Origin: Dudresnaya verticillata
Lineage: Eukaryota
DNA: 64,000 nt
NCBI GenBank assembly: GCA_977862235.1
Contig: OZ374560.1
Coordinates: 2,356,001-2,420,000, forward strand
Direction of reading: 5' to 3'
Shown: piece after piece, positions 12,018-21,762 of the stretch
Numbering within the stretch: position 1 is the first letter of the stretch
Layout: each line of letters starts with the position of its first letter
Notes under the pieces: model-generated
The model's input: only the letters and a program-made list of their open reading frames with translations
Databases searched by the model: none
Told to the model about the DNA's origin: nothing
Program-made: the position numbers and the translations under genes

Positions 12018-14408
12018 ATGAGTGGGTTCAGGCTTTTCACAGCGCTTGTTGCGTGTATGGCATTTATGCTAGCGCCAGTTGTTTCTGTTGAAGAAAAGTT
12101 TGTGCGACTTCCCTTTAGCAAGAAGGAGATCCCCGTAGAAGCCATCACCAAGCGTTTAGGTATTTCTTCGAAGCCCTCGAAAGAATTTCTGGCCACCTTG
12201 GTATATGAAGTCACCAGCGATGGACTTCTGGTTGGCCCTGGGCTATTCTTCAATATTATGGAATCTACTCGTCCTGTTTCCCATGATAGTACCGACTTGT
12301 CTACAGTTGTTAATGGTAAGGTCGTTCCAAGTGCAGACGCCATTTCTAAGATCAGAGAGGGGGGAGGGTACACAATCACGTATGATAAGGACAGCGGTTC
12401 TATTGTAGCCATTTGGGGCAACGGTGTATTCTTAGAGGCACTGGGAGCAGAGTATCACAATGTTTTTGTTGATTTCGAGAAGAGCACTTCAAACCCGGAT
12501 GCTGACGATGATGATGTCATCGTTCCACCAGGCACCAGACAACCTGGAACCACACAAGACATGGCTATGTCTTTTACAGACACATTTGGCAATACCGTAT
12601 GTCCAACTGTTGAAATAGCTGTTGCATTCGATAACACATATTGTGCTATGTTTGGTAACTCAGCCGTCAGAGCATCAGCGGCAGTCCAGTCTGTCATCAG
12701 CTACTCGAGCTCTATTTTTCAAAGGGATCTTTGTATTAAGATGGCTCTCGTTCATCTAGAAGCACATTGCGAAGACCCTTCAGATCCGTACGCCACACTA
12801 TCTACAGCTGGGTCCGGCTCTGGTATTCTCGTCGGGTTCAGGTCAATTTGGGAATCTAGAACAAATGCTGCGGTTCATCGCGATCTAGCTTACCTCTTTA
12901 CAGGATTTGATGACGGCACTACTACGATTGGGACAGCATACCTCGGCGCAGCTTGCACTTCCTATGCCTATGGATGGGTAGAGAGAGGCGGAGGACCAAC
13001 ATTTGTTCATGAAGTTGGCCACAACCTTGATGCTGAGCATACCGATGCTGGTATCATGCAGCCAAGCCTAGTTGCAGGCAATTCAGTGTTCTTTTCGTCA
13101 TTCTCAATAACACAGATAGAAAACTATCTGCGATCCGCGAGAAACGTACAGTTCTGTATCAATGAGGAACCCATATCTTGTGACAATACTTGCCCAGGAG
13201 GTTGCGTCAATGGAAAGTGTGTCGCTCAGTACGATTCTTCGGCCTCCGAGGGACTTGTTCCCTGCGTTCTTTCTTCTGGTACGTACGTTTGTGTGGGGAC
13301 GTACGATTATTACTCAACCCCGCTCAGCTATGGAGTGGAATGTCCTTCTGGTTTCGATTTCATGTCTCCTCTTCCTAGTGATATACAAGCGGCGCACAGT
13401 GTCTTTTGTTGTCTTCCCCCAAGTGATACTATGACAGAAGATGTATATCCCGTTGAATATGGATTGCTGAGGGCCATACTTCGGTATCCTGACAGAGAAG
13501 AAACATTGGAAAACTATATCCGCGATACTCAGTACATTACAAGTGGAGAACTCCTGAAGACTAGCCTCGTGCCGTCGTGCAGGACGGGAGTAGACCATAG
13601 TATTTCTCCTTCTGCAATTCCAAGTACGTCTTCTGTCCCTTCACCAGCTGTTTCCACATTCCCGTCCGCATCAGCTTCCAAACCACCAAGCCGATCCCCG
13701 ATTCCGTCTTCTTCTCCGAAACCGTCCTCAAGCAAGTCCGCAATTCCGTCAGCCTCACCGAGCACATCCAAGGCGCCTGAAGAATCGCCTGCGCCATCGC
13801 CTATGGCATCGACGAAACCTTCTATTGCTCCTTCTCCTTCCGCAAGACCCTCTGCAAATCCTTCATCATCGCCAGTTGTCACGTCGAACCCGTCCTACTC
13901 TCCGCGTAGCGAGACGAAATGTGGAGACATACTACCTACCTCTGTGACATTCTCTTGCAGTATGGCGACTGGTATTCTACGAGCTCCAAAGGGATTTGGC
14001 CTAGTGAACTTGAGATTCTCGCAGCGAAATGGCGAGTTTCGAGTGCGGCTCGCCACGATGCCAGGATTGGAAATGACGGACGTGCTTGTACATATTTCAA
14101 CCAATCCGGACCTAGGACATGGAGACCTAGATGCCCCGCGAAAGTTGGAAGGGACTGAGAAGACTATGTTTATCTACGGCGTCGATGCATTTGAAATGCC
14201 AGTGTCGCCAGGTAGCGTCTGCTGCGATGAGAGGATCTATATTTACGTCACGGTCAGGCTGTGTAAGAGAAAAATATACATGTGGACTAGGCTTGCCCGG
14301 CTCAGCACTTTGATGAAGTGTGAGGAACCGTGCGGTGATAGTGGCGACAATGGTGCTCTTATCCCGTTCTCGGCTACACAGACATGCCCGTCGTGTATGA
14401 ATGAGTAA
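12018..14408 (+). CDS. Secreted metzincin zinc metalloprotease (M12B/reprolysin-like) with Ser/Pro-rich stalk and Cys-containing C-terminal domain, 796 aa
   Basis: Signal peptide; reprolysin-like VEIAVAFD, RDLAYLFTG and TIGTAYLG segments; zinc motif HEVGHNLDAEH followed by Met-turn GIM; S/P-rich linker at ~13600-13910. Confidence 0.9.
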   Translation: MSGFRLFTALVACMAFMLAPVVSVEEKFVRLPFSKKEIPVEAITKRLGISSKPSKEFLATLVYEVTSDGLLVGPGLFFNIMESTRPVSHDSTDLSTVVNGKVVPSADAISKIREGGGYTITYDKDSGSIVAIWGNGVFLEALGAEYHNVFVDFEKSTSNPDADDDDVIVPPGTRQPGTTQDMAMSFTDTFGNTVCPTVEIAVAFDNTYCAMFGNSAVRASAAVQSVISYSSSIFQRDLCIKMALVHLEAHCEDPSDPYATLSTAGSGSGILVGFRSIWESRTNAAVHRDLAYLFTGFDDGTTTIGTAYLGAACTSYAYGWVERGGGPTFVHEVGHNLDAEHTDAGIMQPSLVAGNSVFFSSFSITQIENYLRSARNVQFCINEEPISCDNTCPGGCVNGKCVAQYDSSASEGLVPCVLSSGTYVCVGTYDYYSTPLSYGVECPSGFDFMSPLPSDIQAAHSVFCCLPPSDTMTEDVYPVEYGLLRAILRYPDREETLENYIRDTQYITSGELLKTSLVPSCRTGVDHSISPSAIPSTSSVPSPAVSTFPSASASKPPSRSPIPSSSPKPSSSKSAIPSASPSTSKAPEESPAPSPMASTKPSIAPSPSARPSANPSSSPVVTSNPSYSPRSETKCGDILPTSVTFSCSMATGILRAPKGFGLVNLRFSQRNGEFRVRLATMPGLEMTDVLVHISTNPDLGHGDLDAPRKLEGTEKTMFIYGVDAFEMPVSPGSVCCDERIYIYVTVRLCKRKIYMWTRLARLSTLMKCEEPCGDSGDNGALIPFSATQTCPSCMNE

Positions 14409-16296
14409 TGTAGGAAACCGGGGTCTACTAGAAGCGGTAAAGGAGACGTTAAGACGCGCAGGGGCATTGCTTCCAGTTCTAGAATTTAACAATGTCAACT
14501 GAATAGATGGACCTGTCGATTTATCATCAGCTTTGAGCTCTGTAGGATGAAGCTTTTCTAAAGTGCCCATTGCACTTGAGAAAGAAAAAAAGATATTTGC
14601 AGATGGACTACATCCGGTTAAACTCTCTGAACCATACCGATTTTTATTCTATTTGCTTCGTACGCTTAAAACATGTGCCACTCCATTTAACGGAAACGGT
14701 TTTTGTCAGTGTTAACTTAGACTTGTTCAATTTAGTTAATATGATCAAGACACCAATTCACCTACTTCAGCGGTCCCGGAGTGGTTCATCCTTTCAGTCG
14801 ACATCCTGCCCTCTCACAAATTCCCTAGGATGTTCAAGCCTGTTGAAGCATGTTCATGAACTTCTTTCCTGGCACTGGTTTATCTCATCTTACTTGTCCG
14901 GAAGAGTATGTTTTGAAAAAAAAAAAACTCCTGCGACTTGGTGATGGGAATATCGCGCGAGCAAATTAAATAAACCAGAATATACAAATTTCAAATATGC
15001 TTCTGTCCTGTTCTATCGAGAGGCTGCGCAGATGGCGTTCGTTAGCGAATTGAAGGAGTGCATCACATACAAAACAGTAACCAGTTTCCCCTAAGGCAAA
15101 GTTGTAATACTTACAAGCGATTTCGAATGGCTTTGTATAAAAGCATCGTGATGAATGCCCGGTTCTGACAACTTCCTTCACCCTACAGCATTCACACCTG
15201 CCTTATATATTATGTAACTCAAGACTGTCCGAAAGGCGTTGCTCGCATGGCGGCTACACTTTGACAAAATTTTCCGCTGCGTATTCTGAGACTGTTGTAC
15301 ACTTCTTATGAGTAGAGGCTGTGCTTCGCTTTCATAATTGCTGTTTAAGGTGGTCGTTTGCGGCTGACCAGCGAGCACTAGTGCATACTTCATTCAATCA
15401 TATAAGAGAACACTCTTGATCTCGCGCCGGGCGCATCAACTCCAGCACCAAGCGCAAAGCTTCACAACTGGCGAATGGTATCTTCACTCGGGCAATTCTC
15501 TGTATTAAACCCAGTGCCTTGTGTCACATGTCTTACCTTCACTGATCAATGAACGGTTAACTTTGCTGAGATATGACAGACATTGCCAGGCACGAACTAT
15601 CCACAGACATCACTCGTCCTAATCCTTAATACGTAAAATGATCCATTCCCCGCCGTGCTCTACAATGCAGCTGTCAAGATGCGCTTCTTCGCCGGCACGT
15701 TTCCATCGGGGGTGAGTTACTAAATCTATCGACTGCTTTAATCACAAGAGGGCCCTGGAACTGTGTGTTTCCCATTACTTTAATATCATTCAACAGTCAG
15801 GGAGATAGGCAAGCAGTCAATGCCGAAAAATCTCATTATTATCTAACGCCCGAAATGCTTACCCTCGTGACCAACTTGATTCTATTTGCACTTTTGATTT
15901 GTGCTGTTTCAGTCTGTTGGCGTCCCTGCTGAGCACGCTGTACTCCGTATGCTAGCTTTGGAAAATCTCTGCCTTCCTTGGATAAAGTTTCCGTCTCCAG
16001 CCTGGGGGTTTCCTGCTTCGGAGTGGCCCTTTGGCACCGAACAAAACGGATCGGCGCAAACATATGCCATAAGCGTCTAAAAAGCCGTTCTTTCCTTTTA
16101 CGCAGTTTACAGTTTGTATCCTGCCCCAATACTGGGTGGTTGCGTTGATAGAAGGCCAGCGTCTCCTTCAGGTGAAGCTGTCCACGCAATACCATTTCCG
16201 CATTTGGCCAGTGTCCGAAGCTGCGCTGATATCAAGCAAGCAAGCAAGCATCTCTATAATGGCAAGATTCACAGAAAGCCCCTTAAGGGGATTTTT

Positions 16297-16367
16297 ATAC
16301 GCACTGTTGCTAATGCGGCGGTCTTGTTGACGGTCTTGTTGACCGCCGCGTTAGCAACAATGCGTAT
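16297..16367. repeat. Hairpin: 27-bp arms (25/27 match) with a 12-bp tandem duplication at the loop
   Basis: ATACGCACTGTTGCTAATGCGGCGGTC pairs with GACCGCCGCGTTAGCAACAATGCGTAT. CGGTCTTGTTGA occurs twice at 16319-16342. Confidence 0.9.
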
Positions 16368-16717
16368 CAATCATTAATGATACCAAGAGCCCTTTTTCAT
16401 CATCAACTGCCACGTTGCAATCGATCGTCAGCCTTCCGCTTTGTCCCTCAAATCAGGAGAGACGCATGCCTCACGCAACAATATTTTCATCCCATTCCTC
16501 GTGGCTGCATCAGTGCTTCATCATCATCATCACAAATTTATCAGTGCTTGCCGGAAGCTTTGCTAAGCTCAGCTGCTGTGTAATCTGAGTGATAGCGCTT
16601 CTTGCCAAGACGCAGCCATCCCGCAATCACAAAACAAGACTTCACTTCATCTGATGATCAAGCAGACCTTTAGACCCTTATGCATAGGAAAGACTACAGC
16701 CTCGTAAGTGGGCCTAT

Positions 16718-17400
16718 CTAAAACCCATTTGAAAGGCGACAGTCGAAGAGTGAACGGCGGTTAACAGCCACCGCGACAGATTGAAATACCAGAGAGGTGA
16801 AGTGGGTTAGTTAGAAGAGAGAGTTTCTGAGCTATCGAGGAAGTACCCTTCATAGTAGCTAGGAATTCGCCACGCGCTAAGCGCCTCGATCGAATCCAGA
16901 ACCTATGGCACCATAGATATCCAGATGGATGGAGGTCTATCCGCTTTGTAGAACATAAGCGACAATAATGACTGGCTTTCGCTTGCTCGCGGCGGTGAAT
17001 AGCTTGATGTTGAAAGCGAGTCGTACTAAATTGTAGTTGGTGATGCGGGCTCACCACAAGGACATCAAAAGCTTTGGGGGGAGGGGGGCAAACGCAGGGC
17101 CATCAACATCGACATCCATACGAAGATGGTCACGTCGGTCTTCTTCCAAACGGTCCACAGCATGTTGCAATTGACGGGCATCGCGACGCCTTTCTGACGC
17201 AGTGAGTGCAGAAGACGCCACAACTCGGGAATCCCCAGTCTCCTCTACGTAAGAAAAGTTACGTTCAAGCTGAGCAGAAACTGTGGAAATCTGGGTACTG
17301 CGAGCTCGCTGGAGATATGCAGTCAAAATGGGGCATGCACTTACAGAGGATTTTCTGTAAGTGAAGCCCTCCTGCGCTGCATATCAGCGCCGCTGCTACC
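16718..17400 (-). mobile_element. Decayed 3' part of a CRE-clade non-LTR retrotransposon (restriction-like endonuclease domain)
   Basis: Across frameshifts on the minus strand: NPL*VHAPF* (zinc-knuckle relic), RMDVDVDG...FDVLVVSP, REQAKASHY, LDIYGAIG, VAVAVNRR. These are colinear with DPLGKHAITC, RMDVV...FDVTVAAP, AERPKRAHY, IDSYGAIG and ALAINRR of the element at 53624-54480. Confidence 0.75.
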
Positions 17401-17414
17401 CAGGATCACCCCCC

Positions 17415-17533
17415 GCGGCGGCCGCCGCTTGATATTCTATTAGAATAGATTCGCCGCGATAGAGACGAGCATTAGCATAGATAGAATGTCCCGATGGGTC
17501 CCGATGGGACATTATATCTATGCTAATGCTCGT
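17415..17533. repeat. Cluster of palindromes, including a 28-bp-arm hairpin with a tandemly duplicated loop
   Basis: GCGGCGGCCGCCGC (17415-17428); TATTCTA-T-TAGAATA (17433-17447); arms 17465-17492 and 17506-17533 match 27/28; TCCCGATGGG x2 at 17489-17508. Confidence 0.9.
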
Positions 17534-18066
17534 GTATATTTACTGAATAGAAAACCGGTAGAGATGCTTTAAGGTAGACGTATGAAAACCCTTTTTGCCT
17601 TGCGTTTTCTTAGGTATTCACGCTTGCCCCCATAGTTCGTAAAGTTTCAGCTCGCATGTGATAGGGTATGCACTTTTGGTCACTAGTACCTTCATCAACA
17701 TGGTGTTCTGATACTGACGGATGGCTCATGTTTCAACCTCTCCATCCCCCCCTCCTGCAATGTGTCCTGGTAGCTAGACCCTTTCCCAGGGTTGCTTTTT
17801 AGATTAAAATAAAGGTTGTGCTCTTCATGCTCCTATGCAGCAGTTTCCTATCTCTCGAAAGATACTCCAGAGCCACAGAATTTGGCATTCTCTTGCGCAA
17901 CAACTTCAACGTGAGTAATGTTGGAGCACAAATTATCGTCTTTTATCGTCCACTCTATGTGTCCCGTGTCCGGACATGTTCAGATTAAAATGCATAGTTT
18001 TTGCCTCGCGACACGCGATTCAAGAAATCCGACAATTGGCGTACGTGTCAAAATTGCTCCATGAAG

Positions 18067-18117
18067 CTTGTTGACCGCCGTGTTAGAAACAGTGCATATT
18101 AAGTCCCCATAAGGGGA
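18067..18117. repeat. Diverged inverted copy of 16279-16323 (loop plus right arm of the 16.3-kb hairpin family)
   Basis: CTTGTTGACCGCCGTGTTAGAAACAGTGCATATTAAGTCCCCATAAGGGG aligns with the reverse complement of CCCCTTAAGGGGATTTTTATACGCACTGTTGCTAATGCGGCGGTC. Confidence 0.8.
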
Positions 18118-18559
18118 TTACTCTCAAATTTGAGAATAAAGAGGTGCTTGCTTGCTATGAAGGACGTTCACAGCCTCACAATCGTCATACATTCAACTTC
18201 ACCATTCGGTACAACTCAGTTGCCAGGACCCCATCACTCGGCACCTGGATCCCCGTGTCGCCCCAGTCGCTTGGAAGGAGGAACTACTCTGTAAACAGGA
18301 ATAAACAAGAGCGGGGGAGCATGTCAAGCCCTTTTGGCAGATGATGCAATACTGGCAAGTTTCGAGAACGGTTAATCAGAATGGATGGGAAAGGCCCACT
18401 TCCAAAGTGCTGATGCCAACATGCAAAGAAAGTGAGGTCCGACGCTTCTCGTTTTCTGACACATCCAAAATAGCAATTTTACATAGAAAGAGAAGCTCGG
18501 TGTAAGGTCCAAAGTTTCCTGTTTGCCTTACTGCCTAGATTGTTATTAATGGTCTTTCT

Positions 18560-19500
18560 TGAACATTCCCCCCTCGTATGCTTCCAGAACTTGCCCCTCC
18601 TCCAAATTGTGGCGTCATTGTCATAACTCACAGATTGTGTTGCCGGTCAAACGACTTCTTTTCTGGTCAGGCTACTGGTGAATCCAAGGAGAAACTTGTT
18701 GACAGATCCTTTGCAACAACGATCTGAATCTGCTTTGCCATACCCTTGCCAACCATCGCTGTGAAACTTGAGGGGATATGAAAATCCAATAAGTCGACCT
18801 AGATCTGATGCTTGTATGGTAATAGCTTAGCCATTGCGTACACATATGTAGAATACGATATCGCGCTATCCATTAATCATAGAAATTTGACGTAAGGTTC
18901 CGTAAGCAGCTCACCATCTTTGAATCACATTGCTCATAGTATACCTCAGTACAATTAATGTTTACGAGCACATTGTTGTAAACAGGGCCTTCCTTGGCCA
19001 GCCGACGGTAGAGAATTTCTTCGAGTATTGATTGTTGCACCTGTTTCTGAAACACTATCCTTAACACGGAGGAGGGGAATGATGATAACGTTTACTCAAA
19101 TTATTTGTGAGAGTGTGCCTCAGGGCCCGCTGCCTATAGTGTTGTAACATGAAGGCCATTTTGGCAAGGGATGTGCCAGAGCAATAGAAACAGAAAAATG
19201 GTGTCAATTGTTCCCTAGCTCCCGCTCTCAGCAGTTTCAAACCAGTCAAACATTTTTCTTACAGACCTACCTTGTTTTATTTATGATAGCTATGCAAAGC
19301 ATTGTGATGTTTGATTTTAATGTTTGTTTAACGTGGCATTGTAACATGGAGTCTTTGTTGTATTGTAACGTAGCATATTCTGCAAATCTTTCTGGTGCCG
19401 AGTTGATAGTCTCATATTGCCTCTCTTTTTCATAACATTATAGCAGTCTGTAATCTACTCCTCCATGGCTACGGATAATTGCATCCGTTCTTGCCGCAAC
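18560..19500 (-). mobile_element. Possible decayed Ty1/copia integrase fragment
   Basis: Frameshifted GPEAHS...KRYH...VLRIVFQK at ~19040-19130 resembles the EAHxxxGxxERYHxxLRRxF stretch of copia integrases. Boundaries are approximate. Confidence 0.35.
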
Positions 19501-20140
19501 CAAAGACCACGTATGATTTTTAGGAAGGAAAATATCTGACTTGTGAAGAAAAAGATGGGCTGCAACGGAAGCTCTTGGTGGTTCTGACATTGTGCGACCC
19601 TACGAGGCGGAAACCTCTATTTACGTATTGACAGTATGATTCAGAAGGCAAATTTTCAATAACGCATTCATTCAGGTATCGTCAAGTATTAGTCAGTAAA
19701 ACGTACCTAAAGGATCCAGGAACTAGCTTTAAGAAAACTTTTAACCATTTGAGAGTCCCAAGCTGGGACCTTCTGTTCGGTTTTCTCCGAGAATTAGGAT
19801 AAGAGATATCTATTGCGGGAAAAAAGAGAAGCAATGTTGTGTAGGTACACCATCGAAGAATCCTTTTGTTCTTGTTGTAGCAAGGAATGCCTCCAAAAGT
19901 TCCCCCGCATTGACTGCTTTCAACGCTTGAAAACAGTATCGGATACGGTAGTTCCATACAAACCGTCAAATCAGACAAAAGTCAAGATAAATATTAAGGA
20001 AGAGAACCAAAGCAGGGAATTCTGAGCATTGGATCGGTGTAGTGCACCCTTGATAGATTATCTGCTTTCCTCGGCAATACATTCATTCTATCCTTAAACA
20101 GTGAGGCTCGATGACCAAATTGTTGATACCGTTTGATGCC

Positions 20141-20147
20141 TATAAAA
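20141..20147 (+). promoter_or_regulatory. Putative TATA box of the 20308 gene
   Basis: TATAAAA ~165 bp upstream of the ATG. Confidence 0.45.
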
Positions 20148-20307
20148 GGCATCCTCGATAGCCACCATCCCTCTGCAGTCACCACGAACACAACAAGACA
20201 AGTCTACCAAAACAAATCTACCAAAACAAGTCTCGTTTCTTCAACGTGCGCCCGAGTTCGTTTCCCACTACCTTCCTTGAAAGTTTTCACATTGAAACAG
20301 AGCCGTG

Positions 20308-21762
20308 ATGTCGACTCGTGGCATTTATCAACCTGCTATCCTCATCCTCACCCTGTTTCTATTTGGTATCTTCTCATGCACGCAAGCTATCCATTGCCTT
20401 CGACGTGGCCCCAATGCTCACCACGCAAAAGTCACGCTGCAAGGAGACTGCGTTGTGAAGTCGTTATCTGGGATCAACGGAGGTTCCATGAAGCGTTTGA
20501 AATGGTCCGCTAAGCAGTTAATGGATCTCGTCACTTGGTACGACATGAAGAAATTCAACATCCGCATGAAGTCATGCACGGAGGAAAAAATTAATCTCAA
20601 AGGAGCTCAATTAGACCCGACCGATTATGAGGTTGGTGCTGTATTCGTTATTGATGTCTCCGACTGGGAGGAAAAGTGCGGGCCGGTCAAGTCCGTGAAA
20701 GGTATTCCAGAGGAAGATGATGTTCTGTTTTTCCAAATCAAGAAATCCAAGAGCCCTGCGGATGGTCGTGTGATCTTGTTTGTGGAGAGGATCAATGGAA
20801 AGGACGTTGTTCCAGAGGTTGAACTTCTGGTATCCCAAGAACAAGACGATACAGACCCCGATGCTCATCCAGGAGATTCCAACATTTTCAACGAAACCGA
20901 GGCCAATTCTGCGAGGCAGCTTATGCTTCGCAAGCCGTCACTCAGAATGGAAGACGTTGACGCCGAAACGACCATCGAAACGGGGTTCACGATTCGCATA
21001 ATTGGTGGATTGACGCCCACCATCTCAAACTTTAAGCTCGAGCGCAGCATCAGGCCAGTTTTCACTTGGGAACAAAGCCTTGTTGCTCAAGCTACAGCCA
21101 TTCTCACTGCCACTGGATCTATTTCGACTTCGAGAAGTGGAAGACTTTACCAGGCTCCTGTTCCTGGGTGGGGCTACGAATCACCTAGCATCCCTTTTGT
21201 GGGCAAGGCCTCAGCTGGAGCCTACTTCCGCGTGGACTGGACTGCGGAGCTAAGCGCATCGGTATCTCTCTTCGGCCTGGCACAATATCAACAAGAGATT
21301 CGTCGCAGAGTCCGTGCCGAGGCAGGATTTCCGCCAAGCGTTTCAAGCACACGAGTTGCACCAACGAGTGCAACAACCGCTAAGGGGTGGCTCCGCTTTA
21401 ACCCGGAGGCTAACGTCAACGGCTTTGCTGGCGTCCGTCCTGCACTAGGTGTTGAAATTGCCCTTGGTGGGAGGAATATTGGCAGCAACGTCGGCGCCAA
21501 GGTCGGAGTTGAGATTGACGCCACGATCAAGAGCCCGCCTTTTGAGCCTGAAGAACAGGAACCTTTGCAATACCATATTGGTAATTGCAGCACTTGTCAT
21601 GCATTGCAGGGTAATCTGAATGTGCTTATCAAGGATTTAACTTTGGAGGTGGAACAGAACAAGGAGGTTATAAAAGACTTCACGCTGGCCGAGGAATTGT
21701 ACAGTCGTACCTTCGGAAAGATCTGTGCTATTAGCCGCACGTGCAGTTCGGTTGTATCTTGA
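20308..21762 (+). CDS. Secreted protein of unknown function, beta-strand-rich C-terminal half, 484 aa
   Basis: Long intronless ORF (first ATG 20308). Signal peptide AILILTLFLFGIFSCTQA, acidic linker, alternating hydrophobic/Gly pattern and terminal Cys residues. Confidence 0.88.
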   Translation: MSTRGIYQPAILILTLFLFGIFSCTQAIHCLRRGPNAHHAKVTLQGDCVVKSLSGINGGSMKRLKWSAKQLMDLVTWYDMKKFNIRMKSCTEEKINLKGAQLDPTDYEVGAVFVIDVSDWEEKCGPVKSVKGIPEEDDVLFFQIKKSKSPADGRVILFVERINGKDVVPEVELLVSQEQDDTDPDAHPGDSNIFNETEANSARQLMLRKPSLRMEDVDAETTIETGFTIRIIGGLTPTISNFKLERSIRPVFTWEQSLVAQATAILTATGSISTSRSGRLYQAPVPGWGYESPSIPFVGKASAGAYFRVDWTAELSASVSLFGLAQYQQEIRRRVRAEAGFPPSVSSTRVAPTSATTAKGWLRFNPEANVNGFAGVRPALGVEIALGGRNIGSNVGAKVGVEIDATIKSPPFEPEEQEPLQYHIGNCSTCHALQGNLNVLIKDLTLEVEQNKEVIKDFTLAEELYSRTFGKICAISRTCSSVVS

